Source: Zestosphaera sp. (GTDB lineage: Archaea; Thermoproteota; Thermoprotei_A; Sulfolobales; NBVN01). Taken from it: a DNA stretch of 64,000 nucleotides. The DNA lies in contig JAVYVJ010000002.1 in the NCBI GenBank assembly GCA_038727705.1, positions 359,051-423,050 of the forward strand, in the 5' to 3' direction. Each line of letters opens with the position of its first letter. Within the stretch, counting starts at the first letter, position 1. Of this stretch, positions 57,222 through 64,000 are shown piece by piece. The translations under genes were made by a program, and so were the position numbers. The notes under the pieces were generated by a model. It saw only the letters and a list, made by a program, of their open reading frames with translations, ran no database searches and was not told where the DNA came from.

Positions 57222-57581
57222 ATGAAGACTTTCTGCGAGGTGTTCGTGAAGCACGTGCTACCTTCGTTGAGGCTCTACCTAGCCGTGAAGATGGTCAGTG
57301 AACACGGCTTCAGCCAGCTGGAGGCATCTCGACTGTTGGGGATTTCCCAACCCCTAGTTAATTATGTGGTGAATAAGCGGAGGAAACCCAAGATGATTGA
57401 GAGGCTCACTAGTATGGATCACCTTAAGAGCGAGCTCGACAGGATCGCCAAGGATTTGGCTGAGGGGAGGGTTAAGTCTGAGAGCCTTGCATGCGACCTC
57501 TGCGTAATCCTTAGGAGGGAGGGCGTCATAGAGCAGATCGCCAGAGACTTAAGATACGGCTTATGCGTCTGTGACGATTAG
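57222..57581 (+). CDS. HTH transcriptional regulator with C-terminal Cys pairs (COG2522-like), paralogue of 23567..23992
   Basis: VLPSLRLYLAVKMVSEHGFSQLEASRLLGISQPLVNYVVNKRRKP plus a C-terminal CDLC...CVC. Confidence 0.65.
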   Translation: MKTFCEVFVKHVLPSLRLYLAVKMVSEHGFSQLEASRLLGISQPLVNYVVNKRRKPKMIERLTSMDHLKSELDRIAKDLAEGRVKSESLACDLCVILRREGVIEQIARDLRYGLCVCDD

Positions 57582-57807
57582 CTGTTCAAGAATCCCCCGC
57601 CTGTGACCCGGTTTGCAGGGGTTTAAAGAGCTGGAATTCATAGATGTGGGGGGAGGTTTTGGACTGCCCTACAGACCCCGGGAGGAGCCTTTGAACCTTA
57701 CGGAGCTCGGCTCCGGCGCGTCTGTCCCTAAAGAACTTATTAAAGGTTTTGTAGACTTTAATGCTTGTCCTAGGTGTTTCGAGTTGGTTGAGGGCTCCAG
57801 CAGGTCG

Positions 57808-59004
57808 GTGAATACTGGGGCGCGAGCGTTGTTGACCGCTCTGATAGCGTTCTACACTATAGTGTATTTCCACAGGGTCATGACGGGCGTTATGAAGGTC
57901 GAGGTCGATCGCGTGGCGTCTGTACACAACGTCAGCCCGGACGTACTTATGGCCCTCCTGTCATCAGCTTACTTCTACGCCTACACCGTGGCTCAACTGT
58001 TCGTCGGCGCCCTGACGGATACCTTCGGCATTAAGAGGGTTGGGTTCCTGTTCGGTGTTGTGATGTGCGCGGGGGGCCTGATTATGTGTCTGATGACGCC
58101 GGCCTCCCTGATCATCGGGAGGTTCTTAGTCGGTTTCTCAGCCGCCGCGGCCTTCCTGGCCTACCAGAGGGCCTCCTCCCTCAGCTACGACGCAGGACAT
58201 CAGGGTAGGTTAACATCCTACGCATTAACGCTCGGTAACTTAGGCGGGCTAGCAGCCACCTACCCACTACGCCTCACACTCAACACTGTCGGCTTGAGAA
58301 CCAGCCTGATGGTTCTGACGCTGCTCGCGCTAATCACCGCCACCTGCGTATTAATAACCTCCGACGACCTAGGTTCTGGGAAGGGTGTTGAAGACCTTAA
58401 GAAGACCGTGATGTACCTTGGAGTGCTGGCCAGAGACCCGCACGTCTGGGGCGTTAGTGTTGGGGCTGTAGGGATATACGGCGTTACACTAGCTTACCAG
58501 ACCTCATGGGGGCAGAAGCACATGATGGAGGCGTTCGGCATGAGTGCCGAGGCCGCTAGCCAGTACTTAATGCTGTTAGCGTTGGCATTCACGCTGACGT
58601 GCCCGCTGTCAGGCTTCCTAAGCGACAGGGTCTTAAAGCGCAGAAGGCCCGTCTTCCTAGCCGGATCGCTCGCATCGGCAACCTCATGGATGCTCATGCT
58701 GTACTCAACCTTAACCCATGACGTGGTAGTCCTAGCAACGTCCCTAACTATCTTAGGAATTGCATCAGGACTTCAGATAATAGCCTCACCCATGATTAAG
58801 GAGAGCTACCCGGTAAAGTACTCGGCAACGGCCATCGCGCTCCTGAACATAACGCTGTTCTCCAGCGCTGCAGTATTACAGACTGCGGCACCCCTGCTCA
58901 GCCTGCGTGAAGCAATCCTCACACACCTCATCATATCCCTAGCCGGCGCTTCTTTAGCGTTGACTGCAACGCGTGAGACCCTAAGACAAGCGAGCGCAAC
59001 CTAG
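57808..59004 (+). CDS. MFS transporter
   Basis: 12-TM layout, with an MFS loop 2-3 region (LTDTFGIKRVGF). The ORF is open from 57613, but the first 65 codons look like a foreign gene fragment. A GTG at 57808 gives a typical 399-aa MFS protein. The last 10 codons plus the stop codon (32 nt, 58973-59004) lie inside the 61-bp direct repeat. Confidence 0.75.
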   Translation: MNTGARALLTALIAFYTIVYFHRVMTGVMKVEVDRVASVHNVSPDVLMALLSSAYFYAYTVAQLFVGALTDTFGIKRVGFLFGVVMCAGGLIMCLMTPASLIIGRFLVGFSAAAAFLAYQRASSLSYDAGHQGRLTSYALTLGNLGGLAATYPLRLTLNTVGLRTSLMVLTLLALITATCVLITSDDLGSGKGVEDLKKTVMYLGVLARDPHVWGVSVGAVGIYGVTLAYQTSWGQKHMMEAFGMSAEAASQYLMLLALAFTLTCPLSGFLSDRVLKRRRPVFLAGSLASATSWMLMLYSTLTHDVVVLATSLTILGIASGLQIIASPMIKESYPVKYSATAIALLNITLFSSAAVLQTAAPLLSLREAILTHLIISLAGASLALTATRETLRQASAT

Positions 59005-59033
59005 TGGGGCCACGGGGATTCGAACCCCGGACC
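58973..59033. repeat. direct repeat copy A (MFS 3' end plus a 29-nt tRNA-Pro 3' fragment)
   Basis: 59 of 61 nt are identical to 60004-60064, at an offset of exactly 1,031 bp. The mismatches are at 59012 (A vs G) and 59021 (C vs T). Confidence 0.9.
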
Positions 59034-59384
59034 GCTGGACTCCATCGGCATGCAGTAGATGATGTCGGCAACCACGTGAATCATACGTCATTACACCTCC
59101 ACCATTCACTTCAAGACTGGAGTCAAGCATACTGCGACTCAAGTGAGGTGGTGAGGGTAGGGTTGAAGCGTTGCAAGGTCCCCTAAAACATACTCTAGAC
59201 CCTACATCACAACCGAATCCTCCACGCCTGAACCCCTCATGAAGCGGGATCGGGATTTGAGACTAGACACCATAGACAGTTACTTATGGGGAACGCGTTC
59301 AATACACGTGATTCAGCAAGCGATAAGCTGACCCAGGTGAGGCGTTTAATAGCATGTTTAACATCGTTAACGGTAGGGTAGCAT

Positions 59385-59633
59385 ATGAGGGAAAGCAGTG
59401 AGGAGTTATTGAAGCGCATTACATGCGATCCCAGGGTAATGGTTGGTAAACCTGTAATACGCGGCACGAGGATAACCATAGACTTGATTTTAGAGTTACT
59501 CGCAGCTGGAATGACCCCTGAGGAGATAGCGGAGGACTACAGTATAAGCGTTGAGGACGTCCGCGCCGCTCTACTGTACGCTGCCAAAGCTTTGGGTAGG
59601 GAGGAGACGCTGATTGTCGAGTCGCAGACTTAA
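59385..59633 (+). CDS. DUF433-family antitoxin-like protein
   Basis: 82 aa. ITCDPRVMVGKPVIRGTRITIDLILELLAAGMTPEEIAEDYSISVEDVRAALLYA is the DUF433 signature. Confidence 0.8.
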   Translation: MRESSEELLKRITCDPRVMVGKPVIRGTRITIDLILELLAAGMTPEEIAEDYSISVEDVRAALLYAAKALGREETLIVESQT

Positions 59634-59982
59634 ACTACTCCTAGATGAGAGCATAGGGCTGAAACCATATAGAGAGCTCAAGGAGAGGGGATACGACGTG
59701 CAGAGCGTTATCGCAGAGAACCGTGGGGCATTAGACGAGGACGTAATCAAGCACTCCATGCAGCACAATAAGATCATCGTAACGATGGATAAGGATTTCG
59801 GTTACCTAGCTCAAGCATACAATCCGCCGGGGATCGTGCTCCTCAGGTTAAGAGAGCCGCTAATACCGCGTAGGTTGGAAGCGATACTACGTGCGCTAAG
59901 TCTCGGTGAAGACCTCTACGGCTATATAGTTATAGTGACGGAGACCCGCATAAGGAGGAGGCAAATCCGCGTAACAAAATGA
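59614..59982 (+). CDS. DUF5615 / PIN-like (Mut7-C-type) toxin-like protein
   Basis: KLLLDESIG N-terminus, DEDVIKHSMQHNKIIVTMDKDF. The TTG start overlaps the DUF433 gene by 20 nt, which is the usual DUF433-DUF5615 pairing. Confidence 0.75.
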   Translation: MSSRRLKLLLDESIGLKPYRELKERGYDVQSVIAENRGALDEDVIKHSMQHNKIIVTMDKDFGYLAQAYNPPGIVLLRLREPLIPRRLEAILRALSLGEDLYGYIVIVTETRIRRRQIRVTK

Positions 59983-60003
59983 TGCGGAACACCAGCACAG
60001 CGT

Positions 60004-60064
60004 GTGAGACCCTAAGACAAGCGAGCGCAACCTAGTGGGGCCGCGGGGATTTGAACCCCGGACC
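60004..60064. repeat. direct repeat copy B (32-nt flank plus positions 45-73 of the intact tRNA-Pro)
   Basis: See copy A. The repeat ends in the variable loop of the tRNA. Confidence 0.9.
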
Positions 60065-60109
60065 ACGGGGACCCGAACCCCGCATTCTACCAAGCTAAAC
60101 TACGGCCCC
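60036..60109 (-). tRNA. tRNA-Pro (anticodon CGG)
   Basis: The reverse strand reads GGGGCCGTAGTTTAGCTTGGTAGAATGCGGGGTTCGGGTCCCCGTGGTCCGGGGTTCAAATCCCCGCGGCCCCA. It has a 7-bp acceptor, a 4-bp D stem (two G-U pairs), the anticodon arm CGGGG/TTCGGGT/CCCCG with G37, and the T arm CGGGG/TTCAAAT/CCCCG. There is no intron and no encoded CCA. A TTATATAT box lies about 25-30 nt upstream. Confidence 0.9.
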
Positions 60110-60235
60110 CACAAAACAATAAGAGGACAAGGATATATAAGGTGCTCAACCCACGTTACCTGAGCGGAGTTCCGCTCCCGCACACGCAGTGTCCATTTTT
60201 ATCCTTAATGACGACAATATATTTGGTGAGCTACT

Positions 60236-60430
60236 CTGGTTAGATGTCCTTACTGCGGTTATGAAGGGGAGTTTAAGTCCTTAAGGAATCCCTGGAAGTT
60301 CCGCACCTACGAGGTAAGGAGGCTTCAATGCCCTAAATGCAACGGGATTTTCAACCACTACAAGAATCTTGCGGCTGGAGGTAAGCCGGAATTCACTATA
60401 AGGGTGAACCCGAGGCCTCTGAAGAGGTAG
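60236..60430 (+). CDS. possible small zinc-ribbon protein (CPYC...CPKC) without a canonical start codon
   Basis: The open frame reads (LVR)CPYCGYEGEFKSLRNPWKFRTYEVRRLQCPKCNGIFNHYKNLAAGGKPEFTIRVNPRPLKR*. Only CTG/GTT codons precede the first Cys after an in-frame TGA. Confidence 0.35.
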   Translation: MVRCPYCGYEGEFKSLRNPWKFRTYEVRRLQCPKCNGIFNHYKNLAAGGKPEFTIRVNPRPLKR

Positions 60431-60474
60431 TACCCCTGCCCAGCAGCGTCGCCTAACATGCGGGGTCCTGCGCC

Positions 60475-60885
60475 GTGAGGATATACTCGGAGGAGTTGAC
60501 CTTAAGGACTGAGAGGAGGTACCAAATAGTCAACATAACTAAGGAAGTTGAGGAGGTCCTCCTCAGAAGCGGTGTGAAGGAAGGCTTCTGCTTGATGCAC
60601 GTTCCCCACGCAACTGCAGCATTAATAGTGAATGAGTACGAGCCGAGGATCGTTGAGGACTACATCAAGTGGGTTACGGAGACCTTCAGACCGGGTGGGG
60701 GGTGGAGACATGATGAGGTGGACGATAACGCGCATGCACACATAGCGTCGAGCGTGATAGGATCAAGCAGATTCCTTCCGGTGAGGAAGGGAGGTCTTGT
60801 GAGGGGTGCGTGGCAGGAAGTAATGCTGGTAGAGTTGGACGGACCTAGAGTGAGGAGGGTGTTCATACAGGTCGTTGGTGAGTGA
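60475..60885 (+). CDS. YjbQ/UPF0047 family protein (secondary thiamine-phosphate synthase-like)
   Basis: VNITKEV...GFCLMHVPHATAALIVNE...DDNAHAHIASSVIGSS...G.WQ.VMLVELDGPR.R is the canonical YjbQ pattern. Confidence 0.85.
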   Translation: MRIYSEELTLRTERRYQIVNITKEVEEVLLRSGVKEGFCLMHVPHATAALIVNEYEPRIVEDYIKWVTETFRPGGGWRHDEVDDNAHAHIASSVIGSSRFLPVRKGGLVRGAWQEVMLVELDGPRVRRVFIQVVGE

Positions 60886-60890
60886 GCCAA

Positions 60891-61631
60891 CTACCTCCCC
60901 CGACTGTAGTTGCAGAGCGTTTTCAGAGGGCATTCACTGCACGCGGGCTTCTTGATCCTGCAGTATGTCTTGGCTATGGAGACTAGTGCGGCGTGAAGCA
61001 TTTTGTAGTTCTCAAGGCTCTTTGGGACACGCTCTTCAAGACTCTTCTGGGCTTTCAAGTAGTTTTTAGGCACATCCAGACCGATCCTCGAGAGCACCCT
61101 CCTAGCAAGCCTGGAGACAGGCAGGACTGGCTTGTTACACGCGAACAAAAGCATGGTGTCGGCGGTTTCGGGGCCGACGCCCTTCAGGCTCAGCACGTCA
61201 TCCCTGATGCTGCTTAAGTCCCTGTCAACGAACGACCGCCAGCCACCCCTCTCCACCACCAGCCTTGAGAAGGCCCTCAAGACTCTTGCCTTGCTTCTGT
61301 AGAAACCGACACCTCTAATCAGTCCCTCCACCTCCTCCTGACTGGCCTCAGACAGGCTACGGGGATCGAGTAGACCCCTCTCCTTAAGCCTCTTCAACGC
61401 CTTGTCGACGACCTCCCACCTGCTGAGTTGAACCAGCACCGCTGAAACACTTATCTCGAACGGGTCTCCGAAACCACCCCACCACTCATATGACTCGGGC
61501 TCGCGCATGAGCCAGCCGTACTTGCTGAGATTACCCCTCGACCACTCCCTGATTATTTTGAGCAACTCCATCATTAAGGCATCGTTAGATCCCGCATCAG
61601 CCATCAACCCGCTGCAGGACATCCAAGACAT
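60891..61631 (-). CDS. endonuclease III-like HhH-GPD DNA glycosylase with a [4Fe-4S] cluster loop
   Basis: HhH LKGVGPETADTMLLF, and the C-terminal C-x6-C-x2-C-x5-C (CRIKKPACSECPLKTLC). Confidence 0.8.
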   Translation of the reverse strand: MSWMSCSGLMADAGSNDALMMELLKIIREWSRGNLSKYGWLMREPESYEWWGGFGDPFEISVSAVLVQLSRWEVVDKALKRLKERGLLDPRSLSEASQEEVEGLIRGVGFYRSKARVLRAFSRLVVERGGWRSFVDRDLSSIRDDVLSLKGVGPETADTMLLFACNKPVLPVSRLARRVLSRIGLDVPKNYLKAQKSLEERVPKSLENYKMLHAALVSIAKTYCRIKKPACSECPLKTLCNYSRGR

Positions 61632-61680
61632 CCCTATAGTCCGCTTTCAAGCTCCAGGTATGCGGGGCTCACGCCGTTGA

Positions 61681-62400
61681 TCAGCATCTGCACTCCTCAC
61701 CAACCGTTAGCTCTAGCTTAGTGAATTCATACCTCTTTAGATCTACTACCAGCAACTTGTTGGTTAGGAGCTCACCAGCCCCTGTGAGGAGTTTTATAGC
61801 TTCAACGGCCTCGATAGCCCCTACAAGCGCTGGCGTCGGCCCTATCACCTGAGGGGGTCTCTCGGCGATCTTGCTCGCCCTCTCCTCACTCAGGTTTAAG
61901 ACGCATCTGAGGCATTTGGTGACGCCTGGGACGACTGTGGTGACTTGACCGTAGAACTCTGAAATGCCGCCGTGCACCAAGGGCTTTCCAAGAGCCCAGG
62001 CCGTCTTGTCCACCACTATCCTGGCCGCCCAGTTATCGAGGCAATCCACAATCAGGTCAGCATTACTGACCTCCTCCCTGAACCTGTCAGACCTCACATC
62101 CTCAACATACCCCACCACCTCAACATCGCTGTTGAGCGACCCCAGCTTACTGGCCGCCGTCAACGCCTTAGGCTTCCCTAAATCCTCCTCCCTATAGAGG
62201 ATCTGCCTGTTTAGGTTGCTGAGCTCCACAACACCGTTGTCGAACAGAATCACCTTACCGACGCCGGCAGCCACCAAAAGCATTGAGGCTGTGGAGCCCA
62301 GCCCCCCGACCCCGGCTACAACCACCCTAGCCCTCCGCAACCTCTCTTGACCGTCATGACCGAGCAGCGCGAGTTGCCTTAAGTACCTTTCGTGAATCAC
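61681..62400 (-). CDS. ThiF/MoeB/HesA-family E1-like adenylyltransferase
   Basis: RYLRQLALLGHDGQERLRRARVVVAGVGGLGS nucleotide-binding N-terminus, a CxxC (CLRC) zinc motif. 239 aa. Confidence 0.85.
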   Translation of the reverse strand: MIHERYLRQLALLGHDGQERLRRARVVVAGVGGLGSTASMLLVAAGVGKVILFDNGVVELSNLNRQILYREEDLGKPKALTAASKLGSLNSDVEVVGYVEDVRSDRFREEVSNADLIVDCLDNWAARIVVDKTAWALGKPLVHGGISEFYGQVTTVVPGVTKCLRCVLNLSEERASKIAERPPQVIGPTPALVGAIEAVEAIKLLTGAGELLTNKLLVVDLKRYEFTKLELTVGEECRC

Positions 62401-62606
62401 CTCCGTCCACCATAAATTCCTACCTAAATCAGCTATTTATGACTTCAAATACCTCGTGCGACATCCCCCATCGACGTACAGCCCTATAGACTCCAACCTC
62501 CCGCAGTCCCTCAGAAGCCACGTTCGAGACTGAGGCATCGGCGCGTCTTCAGCGACGGTAGCTTTATATTTTTGCCCGGAAGGGGAAAAATATTTAGTGA
62601 ACGCCT

Positions 62607-63332
62607 TTGTCCTACGACTTTGTGTTGGAGTTGATAGCTCAGAGGATTGCCGGGGACATAGTTATGAGCGAGAACTGCGGTGCTTCACTCAAGCGGTGGA
62701 GGGAGACCTTCAAGCTGACTCAGACCGACGTCGGGGTGCTTATGGGTGTGAGTGCGTCGGTGATCAGCGACTACGAGAAGGGGAGAAGGTCGCCTGGAGT
62801 CAGGTTTGTTAAGAGGTTTGTTAAGGCTTTGCTAATGCTCGATAAGTCCAGGGGGTACCCGGTCGTCAAGCAGATAGCCAACACCCTCAACCTGAGTATA
62901 GGGGCTATAATGGACATCAAGGACTTCGGCGCCCCTATGAAGCTCGACGAACTGGTCACGGTGGTTGAGGGCTTCATAGTCAATTCCGTGGTGCCCAAGG
63001 ATCTCGAGATCTACGGCTACACAGTACTCGATAGCTTGGAGGCCATAGAGAAGTTGAGCGGTAACGAGTTCTGGCAGATAATGGGGACTACATCCAGAAG
63101 GGCCTTGATATTCACTAAGGTGAGCACCGGGAGGTCCCCGATGATATCTGTGAGGATCAGTCCTGTGAAGCCGCTTGTTGTGGTACTTCACGGCACTAGG
63201 AGGGTTGACCCGCTCGCCATCAGGCTTGCCGACAGGGAGGGCCTGCCGCTCATAGTGTCGCTTAAGCCGGGGGCGGACGACCTGATAAAGACTCTGAGGA
63301 GATGGCTCTCAGAGCGCGAGTTGGGCAGCTGA
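62607..63332 (+). CDS. archaeal XRE-type HTH regulator with a C-terminal domain (COG1395-like)
   Basis: LKRWRETFKLTQTDVGVLMGVSASVISDYEKGRRSPG is the conserved N-terminal HTH block of this family. 241 aa. Confidence 0.75.
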   Translation: MSYDFVLELIAQRIAGDIVMSENCGASLKRWRETFKLTQTDVGVLMGVSASVISDYEKGRRSPGVRFVKRFVKALLMLDKSRGYPVVKQIANTLNLSIGAIMDIKDFGAPMKLDELVTVVEGFIVNSVVPKDLEIYGYTVLDSLEAIEKLSGNEFWQIMGTTSRRALIFTKVSTGRSPMISVRISPVKPLVVVLHGTRRVDPLAIRLADREGLPLIVSLKPGADDLIKTLRRWLSERELGS

Positions 63333-63343
63333 CCCCTCAGGCA

Positions 63344-63706
63344 CTACTTCTCCGTAAGAATCAATATGGCTTGCGGTATATCCCCACCAGCCTTCCTCAA
63401 TGCGTTCAGCGCTTCATCCCTGCTAGCGCCGGTCTGCTCCATGACGAACTTAATGTCGTCCTCGCTTATCGAGGGTGCCTCAACCCTCACCTCCTTATCA
63501 ACCACCTCCTCAGCCCCACCGCTCACGTAGTACATCTTCTGACCTTGGAGCTTCATGATGACGACCTGAGCGTCCCTGATTATTATCTCCTTATCCTGCA
63601 GCTCAATGGCCACCGACCTGACGCCGTTTAACTCCTCAGCATCAATACCTAGCTGTTTCATCCTCCTCCTGAGCTCTCTCGGATTACTCGGGAACATGGA
63701 CACCAC
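63344..63706 (-). CDS. nac: nascent polypeptide-associated complex protein (archaeal NAC)
   Basis: NAC domain (MKQLGIDAEELNGVRSVAIELQDKEIIIRDAQVVIMKLQGQKMY) plus a C-terminal UBA (DIKFVMEQTGASRDEALNALRKAGGDIPQAILIL). Confidence 0.85.
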   Translation of the reverse strand: MVSMFPSNPRELRRRMKQLGIDAEELNGVRSVAIELQDKEIIIRDAQVVIMKLQGQKMYYVSGGAEEVVDKEVRVEAPSISEDDIKFVMEQTGASRDEALNALRKAGGDIPQAILILTEK

Positions 63707-63773
63707 CCGATCAGTCTAGATACTCTACTACTAAGAATATTAATTCTTGACAGTCCTATATATAGGGTTTGAG

Positions 63774-64000
63774 GTGCTCAAGGTAAGGATACTTGGCGGC
63801 GGGCGTGAGGTGGGTAGGGCCGCTGTAGGGTTGCAGCACGGCGGTGGGAGGCTTCTCCTACTGGACTACGGGGTTAACTTCGACGAGGAGGACAAGCCCA
63901 GGTTCCCAGACCATGTGAGGCCCTCAGACGTAGCAGGCCTCGCCCTAACCCACGCCCACTTAGATCACGTCGGGGCGGCACCGCTCCTCTACGTGTCAGG
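63774..64000 (+). CDS. metallo-beta-lactamase / beta-CASP-type RNase, N-terminal part; runs off the right edge
   Basis: Hand translation from GTG 63774 gives VLKVRILGGGREVGRAAVGLQHGGGRLLLLDYGVNF...LALTHAHLDHVGAAPLLYVS, which contains the HxHxDH motif. The start codon is uncertain. Confidence 0.7.
   Translation, partial: MLKVRILGGGREVGRAAVGLQHGGGRLLLLDYGVNFDEEDKPRFPDHVRPSDVAGLALTHAHLDHVGAAPLLYVS

Noticed and set aside
59004-59186. 60-aa plus-strand ORF and the 80-aa minus-strand ORF 59237..59479
   Set aside because: The first begins inside the orphan tRNA fragment and runs through a hairpin-forming non-coding stretch. The second overlaps the DUF433 gene start. Neither has coding character.
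1290-62998. Numerous 60-196-aa ORFs from the track that lie inside or antisense to longer genes (e.g. 1290..1535, 2671..3066, 3088..3393, 6548..6832, 13177..13383, 15376..15702, 18125..18514, 26454..26912, 28563..29153, 35850..36185, 39383..39712, 55604..55888, 62832..63191)
   Set aside because: These are shadow ORFs typical of GC-rich coding DNA. Each is fully covered by a longer ORF with clear family motifs. Their translations are Ser/Pro/Arg/Leu-rich low-complexity sequence.

Overview
This window looks like a densely packed chromosomal segment from a thermophilic crenarchaeote (Thermoprotei-type gene content). I did not attempt a species assignment. It carries about 70 protein genes, one tRNA, no rRNA and no transposase. 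Core functions: Orc1/Cdc6 next to RFC large and small subunits; threonyl-tRNA synthetase; Pth2; TruD; NAC; a circularly permuted GTPase; a CdvB/ESCRT-III-like paralogue. Metabolic content: a complete LysW-carrier lysine/arginine cluster (lysWXJK divergent from lysYZ plus an Lrp-type regulator); a pxpABC 5-oxoprolinase operon with a sodium:solute symporter; CstA; a TAXI-type TRAP transporter; a TPP enzyme; bifunctional PGI/PMI. Observations worth a second look: (1) a 359-aa LAGLIDADG-type intein splits the P-loop of a RavA/MoxR-like AAA+ ATPase that is paired with a ViaA-like VWA protein; (2) a 61-bp direct repeat (tRNA-Pro 3' part plus downstream flank) brackets a 1,031-bp cassette holding only a DUF433/PIN-like toxin-antitoxin pair; (3) two perfect 25-nt repeats separated by 40 nt have CRISPR-like geometry, with a diverged inverted copy 34 kb away; (4) a 400-bp ORF-free region has four nested helices and may be an ncRNA; (5) a radical-SAM gene has its C-terminal TRAM domain split by a frameshift and carries a Cys-rich insert inside the cluster motif; (6) an ArsA/Get3-like three-gene operon; (7) a MacB-type ABC permease is coupled to a 1,199-aa multi-repeat surface protein; (8) a decayed locus contains a multiply frameshifted TctA remnant. 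Nothing was run against databases. All family calls rest on motifs read directly from the translations.
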